Shown piece after piece: positions 26,513 through 35,945 of a stretch of 39,545 bases of DNA. The notes below the pieces were generated by a model. It searched no databases. It saw only the letters and a program-made list of their open reading frames with translations, and was not told the DNA's origin. Position 1 is the first letter of the stretch. Every line of letters starts with the position of its first letter. The position numbers were made by a program, and so were the translations under genes. This DNA is from Pseudomonadota bacterium (lineage in GTDB: Bacteria; Bdellovibrionota_F; JAHFAK01; JBDREC01), in assembly GCA_043820105.1 (NCBI GenBank), contig JBDREC010000109.1:1-39545 (forward strand), written 5' to 3'.

Positions 26513-28369
26513 ATGAATTCTATTATTTGCATAGCAGGCCACATTGATCATGGTAAAACCTTAATCGTAAAACAATTAACAGGAGTTGATACTGATCGTC
26601 TTCCTGAAGAAAAAGAAAGAGGGATGACCATTGAAATAGGCTTTGCAAAATTTAACAAAGACATTTCATTTATAGACCTTCCTGGTCATGAAAAGTTAAT
26701 TAAAAATATGGTGGCAGGTATTAATGGTATTGATTTCGCACTTCTTGTAATAGCAGCAGATGATGGAGTTATGCCCCAAACAAAAGAGCATCTTGATATT
26801 CTTAAATTATTAGGTGTTAAAGATATTATTTTTGTACTTAACAAAATAGATCTTGTTGATGAAGACTTGCTTGAATTATGCACCTCCGAAATTGAAGATT
26901 TCATTGAAGATAATAAGATAATTAATCATGCTCTGGTACCAGTGTCTGCCAAAGAAAACATTGGATTTGAAGAACTTAAAACTCAAATTTTGCATTTTGC
27001 ATCTTTTAAAAGAAACAAAACTAATTATGGTATTTTTAGAATGCCCATTGATAGAACCTTCATAAAACAGGGATTTGGCACAATTGTTACTGGTAGTATT
27101 ATTTCAGGCGACATTGAACTTGATGAAAAGATTGAAATCTTACCAATAAAAAAAACAGCCAGAATCAAAAACATTCAAAATCATGGAAAAGAACTTAAAA
27201 AGCTTGGCATTTCAAATAGATCAGCTCTTAATCTTCATGGAATAGAAATATCTGATGTTAAAAAAGGCTATTTACTTTCTGAACCTGATCGCATGAAAAG
27301 CTTTGATAGGTTTGTAGCTAAGCTTGATATTCTGCCAAACCGGGAAGTTAGAAACAACTTAAGAATTAGAGTTCATCACGGAACAAATGAAGTAATGGCA
27401 AGAATTAAATTTTTAAAAAACTCAGACCTTTGCTTTATAGATCTTGAAAAAAAGCTTCCAATTACATTTAAAGATAAGTTTATATTCAGAAATTTCTCAC
27501 CTGTTTTTACAATTGGAGGCGGAACAGTCTTGGATACTTACTATCCAAGAGATGCTCGAAAAAACAAAGATTATCATGAACAACTTGCAAAGATAATTGA
27601 CCTTGAAGGAAATGCCCTTGTTCAAGAAATAATAAAAAAAGAATTTTATAATCTTCCGAATATAGAAAAACTAATTCATCTTACTGGCTACTCCACTAAG
27701 CATTTAAACAGATTTACTGAAAGTCTAATTCAAGAAAATAAATTAATTAAAATTGAAGATAAACATTTCATAGACATTAATATTTGGAATGATTTAAAAA
27801 AAACCATTCTTTTTCTAATTAAATCCTATCTTGGAAAAAATAAGATAAAAACCGGAATAAATATTGATGAATTATTTGAGCTTTTAGAAAGCAATAATTT
27901 ATTTGATAAAGCTAATTTTATTAAAATCATAAACCAGTTTGTTGAAAAAAATGTTCTCGAAAGAAAGGGAAATGATTTATCTATTCAAGGAATAAAATCA
28001 TCAGATGAAAGAAAAAAGCTGACAGAAAAACTCTTAGCATTATTAGAAAAAGACGGATACAAAACAATGCCACCTGAAACTTATCAAACAATTATGGGAA
28101 TTGGTTCAAAATCTTATACTGATGTTTTAAGTGAAGCTAAAAAGTCTGGTGATATTATTTTTATTAATAGAGAATATATATTAAGCCAAAAACAAATTGA
28201 AACTCTAAAACAATTGCTTCTTTCATTTTTTAAAAAGAAAGAAGAACTTTTAGTGTCTGATTTTAGAGATCTGACAAATACATCAAGAAAATACTCCATT
28301 CCCCTACTTCAGCACTTTGAAAATATAAAGTTTTTAAGAAGAATAGATGATGTTAGGGTTTTGTATTAA
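26513..28369 (+). CDS. selB: Selenocysteine-specific elongation factor
   Basis: GHIDHGKT, EEKERGMTIEIGFA, DLPGHE, NKID and C-terminal WH motif SRKYSIPLL. Confidence 0.97.
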   Translation: MNSIICIAGHIDHGKTLIVKQLTGVDTDRLPEEKERGMTIEIGFAKFNKDISFIDLPGHEKLIKNMVAGINGIDFALLVIAADDGVMPQTKEHLDILKLLGVKDIIFVLNKIDLVDEDLLELCTSEIEDFIEDNKIINHALVPVSAKENIGFEELKTQILHFASFKRNKTNYGIFRMPIDRTFIKQGFGTIVTGSIISGDIELDEKIEILPIKKTARIKNIQNHGKELKKLGISNRSALNLHGIEISDVKKGYLLSEPDRMKSFDRFVAKLDILPNREVRNNLRIRVHHGTNEVMARIKFLKNSDLCFIDLEKKLPITFKDKFIFRNFSPVFTIGGGTVLDTYYPRDARKNKDYHEQLAKIIDLEGNALVQEIIKKEFYNLPNIEKLIHLTGYSTKHLNRFTESLIQENKLIKIEDKHFIDINIWNDLKKTILFLIKSYLGKNKIKTGINIDELFELLESNNLFDKANFIKIINQFVEKNVLERKGNDLSIQGIKSSDERKKLTEKLLALLEKDGYKTMPPETYQTIMGIGSKSYTDVLSEAKKSGDIIFINREYILSQKQIETLKQLLLSFFKKKEELLVSDFRDLTNTSRKYSIPLLQHFENIKFLRRIDDVRVLY

Positions 28370-28446
28370 TATAAACTAAAAAACTTGCAAAAACAGAATA
28401 AATTCGCTATGCAACGGGTCAAAAGCATAGGAAAAAGGAGAATAAA

Positions 28447-28632
28447 ATGGAAGATAAATTAAAAGAAATGATTATAAACAGCTCATATAAAGATGGTGAA
28501 AAAAGCAAAATAGCTTGTAAAAAGGCTCTTAAAATTGCTGAAGATTTAAAACTTTCAGAAAAAGAAATTGGAAATGCTTGTGATACACTAGAAATTAAAA
28601 TAGCTGGATGTCAGTTAGGTTGCTTTAAATAA
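28447..28632 (+). CDS. Small conserved Cys-rich protein (C...A..IA...G..C...IKI..CQLGCF)
   Basis: Strong AAGGAG RBS; recognisable CQLGCF small-protein pattern; function unknown. Confidence 0.75.
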   Translation: MEDKLKEMIINSSYKDGEKSKIACKKALKIAEDLKLSEKEIGNACDTLEIKIAGCQLGCFK

Positions 28633-28654
28633 ATCACAAATTAGAAAGCGAGAA

Positions 28655-29110
28655 ATGAAGATAATCTCAGTATCTGGTTCATATAGTCAAATTGGCAAAA
28701 CAACCTTAGCAAGAAAAATAAGAAAATTTCTTTCAGATGACTTCAAAGTATATGTCTTTAAAATAGGACATGGTCGAGACAACCCAAATAAAGAAGAAAA
28801 GCTATTCATTGATCTTGAAAAAGGAGTTTCTTATATCAAAGAACTCGAAGAAAAGAAAAACTATGATTTTCTTATTGTAGAAAGCAATTCTGTTCTAAAC
28901 CATATTAAACCGGATCTTGCATTATTTTTAATGGGAAATAAAAAAGGACAAAAGAAAACTTCAGAACTCGCTTTTAAAAAAGCAGATATTATTATTGATA
29001 ATAATTTTAATACTGATGCTTCAAGCAAAATCATTAAAGAAAAACTGAATTGTGATTCTTTTGGCGAAATATTACTTGAACAATCAAATTACATAAATAA
29101 AAATGATTAA
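28655..29110 (+). CDS. MobB-like P-loop NTPase
   Basis: ISVSGSYSQIGKTT Walker A, K.GH and IVESNS; overlaps mobA. Confidence 0.6.
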   Translation: MKIISVSGSYSQIGKTTLARKIRKFLSDDFKVYVFKIGHGRDNPNKEEKLFIDLEKGVSYIKELEEKKNYDFLIVESNSVLNHIKPDLALFLMGNKKGQKKTSELAFKKADIIIDNNFNTDASSKIIKEKLNCDSFGEILLEQSNYINKND

Positions 29111-29711
29111 ATTAATTGAAACATTTAATGCCACTGCAATAATATTGGCAGGTGGGAAAAGCTCCAGATATGGAACTGACAAGTCTTTTTTGGAAGTCAA
29201 TGGAAAGAGCTTAATTAAAACAACAACTGAAATCTTAAATCCTTTATTTAATGAAATAATAATAAGTTCAAATAAACCAGAGAAATTTTATTTTTCAAAC
29301 ATCAAAATAGTACAAGATCTTAAAAAAGACTGTGGTCCCTTAATGGGCATTTATTCATGTTTGCAAAAAACCTCGAATGATATAAATTTTATTATAGCAA
29401 CTGATATTCCTAAAATTAATCTAAAAGTTATTGATAAGTTAATGTCTTTTTCCCATGATTATGAAATAGTGGTTCCTGTTAATAATGGTCAATATGAACC
29501 ATTATTTGCAATTTATAATACATCAATACTCAAAACAATTGAAAGTTTAATTAGTAAAGATAAAAGAAAAATATCAAATTTATTTTCACTATGCAAAACC
29601 AAGTTTTTGAATCTTGAAAATGGTGAGTGGTTAATTAATATAAATACTAAAAATGACTACTTAAATTTTATTTCTAAGTCATCAAACAAAGAGTTAGTTA
29701 ATGAACATTAA
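29103..29711 (+). CDS. mobA: Molybdenum cofactor guanylyltransferase
   Basis: ILAGGKSSRYGTDKS, GPLMGI, TDIP, EPLFAIY and NINT. Confidence 0.95.
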   Translation: MIKLIETFNATAIILAGGKSSRYGTDKSFLEVNGKSLIKTTTEILNPLFNEIIISSNKPEKFYFSNIKIVQDLKKDCGPLMGIYSCLQKTSNDINFIIATDIPKINLKVIDKLMSFSHDYEIVVPVNNGQYEPLFAIYNTSILKTIESLISKDKRKISNLFSLCKTKFLNLENGEWLININTKNDYLNFISKSSNKELVNEH

Positions 29712-30486
29712 AACCATTGATATTATTAAATACTCTGCATCCAATTTAAATAAAACAAATGATCAAATAGCAGTTGAAGAACCCCTTTCTATTTTTGTAA
29801 ATAACGAGCTATTTTACACAACCATGCGCTTACCAGGAGAAGAAATCCCATTGAGTGTCGGTATATTGTATAGTGAGAAAATCCTTTCATCCTTCAATGA
29901 CATTGAGAAAATTGATTATTGTACTGAAGTTGGAAATAAAATAAATATTAATTTGAAAAATAAAATTGATATTAAATCTTCAAACATAGAAAAACGATTC
30001 TTCACAAATACAAGTTGTGGAATCTGTGGTCAAGATGTCATTGAAAATATTTCTTCAAACATACAAAACATCAATATCACACATCAAATAAATCCAGAAA
30101 AGCTTTTTGATTACGTTAATCTATTAAATGAAGCACAAGAGCTTTTTAATAAAACTGGAACAACTCATGCAGCAGCTATTTTTGATGCAAACCATCAGAT
30201 GATATCATTTGCAGAAGATGTTGGAAGACACAATGGTCTTGATAAAGCAATTGGCAAGCTTATTTTAGCTAACACAAAAAAAGATGCAAAAGTTATTATC
30301 CTTTCTTCAAGATTAAGCTATGAGATGGTTCAAAAAGCAAGCAACTTCGGTATTGAAATCTTGGCTGGGGTTTCATCTGCCACCTCACTTGCTATAGAAC
30401 TGGCAAGAAAAGTAAACTTAACTCTAATTGGATTTTTAAGAAAGAATAAATTTAATATTTATTCACAAGATAAGAGAATAAAATAG
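29701..30486 (+). CDS. fdhD: Formate dehydrogenase accessory sulfurtransferase
   Basis: VEEPL, SCGICG, TGTTHAAA, EDVGRHNGLDKAIG and SSRLSYEMV. Confidence 0.96.
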   Translation: MNIKTIDIIKYSASNLNKTNDQIAVEEPLSIFVNNELFYTTMRLPGEEIPLSVGILYSEKILSSFNDIEKIDYCTEVGNKININLKNKIDIKSSNIEKRFFTNTSCGICGQDVIENISSNIQNINITHQINPEKLFDYVNLLNEAQELFNKTGTTHAAAIFDANHQMISFAEDVGRHNGLDKAIGKLILANTKKDAKVIILSSRLSYEMVQKASNFGIEILAGVSSATSLAIELARKVNLTLIGFLRKNKFNIYSQDKRIK

Positions 30487-31614
30487 ATGAAAGATATTTA
30501 TTTTGACAATGCTGCTACAACGTTTCCCAAGCCAAAACAAGTGATCGAAGCGATTTCAAATTTCATGACAGACTGCGGTGGCACTAATGGAAGAAGCTCT
30601 CATAAAAAATCATATGATACAAGCAAACTAATATTTGAAACAAGAGAGCTTATAAAAAGCTATCTTAAATTGCCAAACACATATGAAGTTGTTTTTACAC
30701 AAAATGCAACTAATGCTATTAATTTATTTCTTCAAGGCTATTTAGAAGATTCAGATCATATAATTATTTCGCCAATGGAACATAATGCTGTTATGAGACC
30801 TCTTTCTAATCTTTATTTAAGAAGAAATTTAACATATTCAATTGCTGATTGTCATAGTGATGGATTAATAGATCTTGAAAAATTAAAAGATATATCTCGA
30901 AATGAAACTCGCCTTATTATCATTAATCATGAATCAAACGTTAATGGCATTATTCAACCAATATCAGAAATAAAAAAGATGTTCCCGGATATTCCTTTAT
31001 TAATCGATGCAACTCAATCAGTTGGCGGATTTGATTTTGATTTTGGTAAATCTGAAGCTGATATTATCGCAATCACTGGTCACAAAGGTTTGCTTGGCCC
31101 AACTGGAATTGGAGCCCTCTGTTTCAATCGTCAGCTTCACTTTAAACCAATGATTTATGGTGGAACAGGAAGTAATTCATCAAGTTACGAACAACCTATT
31201 TTTATCCCAGACAAATTTGAATCAGGAACACCAAACACTATTGGAATTGCTGGCTTAAATGCTGCTATTAAATTTAAGCAAAAAGACAACACCTATTTTT
31301 CAAAAGATTTATTAAAATTAACAATAACTGAACTTGAAAAGTTTTCAGATATTAGTTTATACAAAGCAAATGACTTCAATAATCAGGGAAATCTTTTTTC
31401 ATTTTCACTAAACAAAGAATCTAATTCAGAATTAGTCAATGTCTTAAATGAAAATAATATATATATTAGAGAAGGTCTTCATTGCGCTCCACTTGCACAC
31501 AAAACATTAGAAACATTTGATAGAGGTGGAAGCATAAGACTAAGTTTTAGTGAATATAATACAGAAGAAGAAATTAGCATTTTTTTCGATATATTAAAAG
31601 CTTTTCTTAATTAA
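30487..31614 (+). CDS. Class V aminotransferase, cysteine desulfurase / selenocysteine lyase family
   Basis: YFDNAATT, MEHNAV, DATQ, TGHKGLLGP (PLP Lys), FESGT and REGLHCAPLAH. Confidence 0.92.
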   Translation: MKDIYFDNAATTFPKPKQVIEAISNFMTDCGGTNGRSSHKKSYDTSKLIFETRELIKSYLKLPNTYEVVFTQNATNAINLFLQGYLEDSDHIIISPMEHNAVMRPLSNLYLRRNLTYSIADCHSDGLIDLEKLKDISRNETRLIIINHESNVNGIIQPISEIKKMFPDIPLLIDATQSVGGFDFDFGKSEADIIAITGHKGLLGPTGIGALCFNRQLHFKPMIYGGTGSNSSSYEQPIFIPDKFESGTPNTIGIAGLNAAIKFKQKDNTYFSKDLLKLTITELEKFSDISLYKANDFNNQGNLFSFSLNKESNSELVNVLNENNIYIREGLHCAPLAHKTLETFDRGGSIRLSFSEYNTEEEISIFFDILKAFLN

Positions 31615-31640
31615 AACACCAGCCACAACCCTCAACACTT

Positions 31641-32228
31641 TTATGGCCTAATAACATTAGAAGCTCTATCCAGGGCTGATAAAATATCATACATATTTGA
31701 AATAATTCCAACACCTAAATTATCTTTTTGTTTAAAATATTCAAGACAAGTACCACATGCAAGGATTTCAACACCATTTTTTTCAAGCTCTTGCAAGGAT
31801 TCTAAAACTGGCGAATCTTTTAAGGACATTAGAACACCTTTATTTACAAATATTATTTTCCTTGGAAGTGTCTCCAAAGATTTTATTGTGTTAATAAAAC
31901 CTTTTAAAAGTATAGCACCAAGATCATCATCACCAATTCCCATTGTGCTTGAAGCGACATAAATGACAGTATTTTTTTCCTGAATACTCAAAGGCTTGCA
32001 AACTTCACATGCAATTTTTTTTATTTTTAAAACATATAAATCATTTTCTTTTTCTTCTTTTAACTCACCACCTACACTATTAATATATCTTTTTACATTG
32101 TTCTTTGAAATTTCATTATCAAGAGTAACTATAATTTCTTCATTAATATTAATTTTTTCATAAAGTGTTTTTGTTTCAATTAATGGTGTTGGGCAAGGCT
32201 TGCCTTTTACGTTTAATTTATGAATCAT
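31641..32228 (-). CDS. yedF: Selenium metabolism protein YedF (TusA/SirA + DsrE-like)
   Basis: GKPCPTP, GDDDLGAILLKGF, ACGTCLEY and SNMYDI; directly downstream of selD. Confidence 0.9.
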   Translation of the reverse strand: MIHKLNVKGKPCPTPLIETKTLYEKININEEIIVTLDNEISKNNVKRYINSVGGELKEEKENDLYVLKIKKIACEVCKPLSIQEKNTVIYVASSTMGIGDDDLGAILLKGFINTIKSLETLPRKIIFVNKGVLMSLKDSPVLESLQELEKNGVEILACGTCLEYFKQKDNLGVGIISNMYDILSALDRASNVIRP

Positions 32229-32242
32229 TTGGTCTCCATTTC

Positions 32243-32260
32243 TAGCTTGTAGCTTGTAGG
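32243..32260. repeat. Heptamer repeat between selD and yedF
   Basis: T AGCTTGT AGCTTGT AGG. Confidence 0.45.
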
Positions 32261-32306
32261 TTCCATTTGTAAATTACTACGTTTAGCTGCAATTTAGTAG
32301 TTTTAA

Positions 32307-33341
32307 TTATAACAATTCAATAAAATAGTCATTTAGTTTTTCACAAACCTCACCAATAAACCAAATATCTTTTCCAGAGATTTCCTTATATTCCGTCATA
32401 AATTCAGTGTAAATTTCTTTATCAAGTGCTATTAAAAGTCCACCTGAGGTTTGTGCATCAAATAAAATATCTTCATGAAACTGTTTGGCCTCACTTGAGA
32501 TATTAACTTTTTCCTTATAATTTTCTTTATTTTTATATGACGCTTCTGGATAAAGACCCATTTCTGAATATTTATCTACTTCCTCAAAATAAGGAAGCAT
32601 TTCTTTGAAAAATCTGATTGAAACATTTGATGCTTTAGCCATTTCAAGAGAGTGTCCTGCTAAAGAAAAGCCTGTAATATCTGTCATTCCTTTTACTGGA
32701 TATTTTAATGCAAGCTGTGAAGCTTCTTTATTTAAACTTGTCATCCAGTCAATTACATTATCTTTATTTTTATCATTTGTTAATTTGGCTTTTAAAGCTG
32801 TCACAAAAATGCCAGTTCCAAGGGGTTTTGTTAAAACTAAAATATCGCCAGCTTTTAGGTTATCATTAGTAAAATATTTATTGTTTTCAATAAGACCAGT
32901 TATTGCCATTCCATATTTAATTTCAACATCCTGAATTGTGTGACCCCCAAGAAGAGAAACTTCTGCCTTATTTAAAACATGAGCCCCTCCCCTTAAAACA
33001 TCTTTTAAGATATGACTTTCAGCTATTAAGGGGTATGTCATGATATTTAACGCAGTAATAGGTTTTGCACCCATAGCATAACTATCGCTCAAGGCATTAC
33101 AAGCGGCGATTTGTCCAAATAAAAATGGATCCTCAACCATTGGTGGAAAAAAATCAACTGTTTGTGCAATGGCTAAATTATCAGTTAATTTATAAATACC
33201 GGCGTCTTCATTATTCTCCATTCCAACTAAAACATTTTTACTTCTGTAAAAATCAATTTCAGAAAGCACATCAGACAGCATTTTAGCGTTCACCTTTGCA
33301 GCACAGCCTGAACACTTAATGTCGCGAAGTATATTGTACAT
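32307..33341 (-). CDS. selD: Selenide, water dikinase (Cys form)
   Basis: CSGCAAK, EDAG, TVDFFPP, NALSD.YAMG, GGHT, DITGFSLAGH and DAQTSGGLL. Confidence 0.97.
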   Translation of the reverse strand: MYNILRDIKCSGCAAKVNAKMLSDVLSEIDFYRSKNVLVGMENNEDAGIYKLTDNLAIAQTVDFFPPMVEDPFLFGQIAACNALSDSYAMGAKPITALNIMTYPLIAESHILKDVLRGGAHVLNKAEVSLLGGHTIQDVEIKYGMAITGLIENNKYFTNDNLKAGDILVLTKPLGTGIFVTALKAKLTNDKNKDNVIDWMTSLNKEASQLALKYPVKGMTDITGFSLAGHSLEMAKASNVSIRFFKEMLPYFEEVDKYSEMGLYPEASYKNKENYKEKVNISSEAKQFHEDILFDAQTSGGLLIALDKEIYTEFMTEYKEISGKDIWFIGEVCEKLNDYFIELL

Positions 33342-33359
33342 AATTAATTTCCTGTGATT

Positions 33360-33572
33360 TTAAACATCTTTGATTTCAAAATAAATGTCTTCATTATCTA
33401 ATATTTTTTTAATATCATTTAATAATTCAAAATCTTTAAACTCAATACACATTCCACATTCAGAGCTAATAGACTTTGGTGTTGGTATTACTTTAAACTT
33501 GAATTTATTTTTCAATAAATTTGATTCTGCTTTCATGACGTAATGAATTGATTGGAAAAGAATAAGCTTCAT
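33360..33572 (-). CDS. DUF3343-like putative Se/S carrier
   Basis: FQSIHYVMKAE...IPTPKSISSECGMCI; adjacent to selD. Confidence 0.8.
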   Translation of the reverse strand: MKLILFQSIHYVMKAESNLLKNKFKFKVIPTPKSISSECGMCIEFKDFELLNDIKKILDNEDIYFEIKDV

Positions 33573-33579
33573 AATAAGA

Positions 33580-34626
33580 CTATTTTAAATAACCTTCTTT
33601 TTTAAGTTTTAAATAAATACTTTTTCCTTTATTAATAGAATCAAAAATTGATTTTACTGTTATTGTAGCCTGACTAATAGAATCAACCTTTGAGTCAAAG
33701 GCAATGGCTTTATTGATATCTACAGAAACAAGGGATTTTTTAAGTTGATTGATTTCTTTATTTGTTAGATTTGCATTGTTCATCTTGGTTAACTGAATTG
33801 GCAATATATCTTTAACAATTCCATTTTCATCAATAATATACACAAACTGTATATCATGACAAACATCACATTGAGGAACAGAGTTAACAACTATTCCAAA
33901 ATATTTTTGACTATCAACCTTTACCTTATACACGTCCTCTTCATCATTGCTAAGTACTTTCTCTATGACTTGAGTTTGTCCATTAAAATTATTTTTCACC
34001 CAATCCTGAATAATGTTTTTTATAATATCCTCTGAAATCTCGCTCGTTTTAAAAGCTTTTTTATCTGTTTTCCCATGAGCTTTAATTGATCCTTTTAGAA
34101 GTTTTTTAAGATATTTTATTTTTTCTAAAACATCTTTTCTTAAACCAAGTTCTGTTTTAAAAACTTTATATTTTTGGCCTTCTTTTTTAAGATATATCTT
34201 AAAGGGGGTTCTGGTTTTAGCAATTATATTATAGTTTTCAAAATCAGGATCAGCTAAAATAAACAAAGGGGATGAAAATTTAGTTTTAAAATTTTCAATT
34301 TCAATAAGGCTATTCCCAGCTGCCAATGCAATAAACTTCACTTTGCCCTTTAACTCTTTTGAATTCTCAATTTTTTCATAAAGCTCTTTATCGTACTTTG
34401 CCTGTCCTTGACATGATGTGCAATAAACACTTAATATTTCAAAAATTATAATTTCAGCATTAAGGGTATTTATATCAATCTTAGAAGTTTCATTTATATT
34501 CAAATATTCTTTAGCATTACCTGAAAATAAATCAAAATTTGTCACAGGAAAATAATCACCAGGATTTACTTGTGCAAATAAAGCACTAGTAATGAAGAAA
34601 TATAATAAAACAATTTTATTTTTCAT
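33580..34626 (-). CDS. Secreted protein: TlpA-like thioredoxin domain + CxxCH + FMN-binding-like domain
   Basis: Signal peptide, SVYCTSCQ...ILADP...RTP, QCDVCHD and VDSISQATIT. Confidence 0.6.
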   Translation of the reverse strand: MKNKIVLLYFFITSALFAQVNPGDYFPVTNFDLFSGNAKEYLNINETSKIDINTLNAEIIIFEILSVYCTSCQGQAKYDKELYEKIENSKELKGKVKFIALAAGNSLIEIENFKTKFSSPLFILADPDFENYNIIAKTRTPFKIYLKKEGQKYKVFKTELGLRKDVLEKIKYLKKLLKGSIKAHGKTDKKAFKTSEISEDIIKNIIQDWVKNNFNGQTQVIEKVLSNDEEDVYKVKVDSQKYFGIVVNSVPQCDVCHDIQFVYIIDENGIVKDILPIQLTKMNNANLTNKEINQLKKSLVSVDINKAIAFDSKVDSISQATITVKSIFDSINKGKSIYLKLKKEGYLK

Positions 34627-34658
34627 AACAATCCTTTATTTAAGCAAATAGTTAAAGG

Positions 34659-35543
34659 CTAGTTTAGTTTCTTACTGTGTCCCAAACCTTCTTTTTCAGC
34701 TAAAAAATCAAGTTCAATTGTACATAACTCATCAACTGGCAAAACAACTTCTTCTGAAAATTCATCAGAATTAATAGTTTTTATATATCTATTGCATTCT
34801 TTACAAAGATCAACTCTATAGGCTTTTCCAATTTCTTCTGCATAAAAATAACTGAGTGTATCTGGCTTATCATTAGCACAAAATGGACATTTAATTCTAG
34901 GAAAGTAATATTCAGTTTCACAACTCGAACAACAAAGAGTTCTTTCAGCTCCCTTTTCCCCCTTAATAGATTTTAGTTGAGCTATTTTAGGTTCTGAAAA
35001 ACAAACTGGGCAATGACCACTTGTCCAGTTTAAAACTTTTCTATTTTCATAATAAAATTCTTGGGCTTCATTATAAAACTTCCAGATAAAAGGATTTAAA
35101 GTCGTTTCATAGAAGGTAAATAAAATATTTCCATCTATTTCATTTTCCATAAAGAAATTTGCAGTTTCTTGAGATTTATCATTAAATAAATTTTCAAGTT
35201 TGATTTCTTTTTCTTCTACCAATTTATTAATTTTTTCTACCTGTTTTTTTGTAGCAGGCAATGATTTAGTCGCGATATCTAATATTTTTCTAAATACTTC
35301 GGCACACATTTTGTCATCTGGTTCAATATCATTATTATCAACTAAGCAGATCTCTTTGGCAAATTTCGCATTAATTTCATTAATTTCTTTTGAAAAATTA
35401 GGTTTTTGTTTAATTTTCAATTCACTTATTTTATTAATTTCCTCTAAAACGCATTCATAAAAATGAAGTGTTTCTTTATAAATTGGATGTCTTTTTTTTA
35501 ACTGACCTACTCGCTGAAGTTTTTTTTCAAGATCTTTAAGCAT
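34659..35543 (-). CDS. fdhE: Formate dehydrogenase accessory protein FdhE
   Basis: CPVC, RTLCCSSCETE, RIKCPFC and VDLCKECNRYIK. Confidence 0.92.
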   Translation of the reverse strand: MLKDLEKKLQRVGQLKKRHPIYKETLHFYECVLEEINKISELKIKQKPNFSKEINEINAKFAKEICLVDNNDIEPDDKMCAEVFRKILDIATKSLPATKKQVEKINKLVEEKEIKLENLFNDKSQETANFFMENEIDGNILFTFYETTLNPFIWKFYNEAQEFYYENRKVLNWTSGHCPVCFSEPKIAQLKSIKGEKGAERTLCCSSCETEYYFPRIKCPFCANDKPDTLSYFYAEEIGKAYRVDLCKECNRYIKTINSDEFSEEVVLPVDELCTIELDFLAEKEGLGHSKKLN

Positions 35544-35610
35544 TATCTTATTCCTTTTTTTCGTTTATATAAATATTTAGAATAACTAAATAAAATTATT
35601 ATGTATGTCA

Positions 35611-35655
35611 ATGTTGATATCTATTATGTTGATGTCTACTATATTGATAGATAAT
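35611..35655. repeat. Three 15-bp direct repeats in the fdhE/hydrogenase divergent region
   Basis: ATGTTGATATCTATT ATGTTGATGTCTACT ATATTGATAGATAAT. Confidence 0.65.
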
Positions 35656-35683
35656 AATTTTTTATACCTATTGCCATTAACTA

Positions 35684-35711
35684 TTGACAAATATTATTAA
35701 GAATATATAAA
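35684..35711 (+). promoter_or_regulatory. Putative sigma70 promoter of the hydrogenase operon
   Basis: TTGACA-16-TATAAA. Confidence 0.5.
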
Positions 35712-35945
35712 AAACTAGAAATTTTATTAATCATTGTAGATTTTATAAATTTCATAGCTGTTTGAAATATTATTCGTTTTTTATGGGATAGTTAAATTAA
35801 AACCAAAGAAACAGCTAACTTATTTTTATCTATTCAGATCTCTAAAAATTTAAGCATTTTCCTATAATTCACACAAAATAATTTATACAAACAAATATTA
35901 AATTTATAAAATAAAAAAAAATAAATAAACTAAAAGGAGAGTTTG

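Noticed and set aside
33295-33341. Possible Sec codon in selD
   Set aside because: The motif is encoded as TGT/TGT (CSGC); no in-frame TGA.
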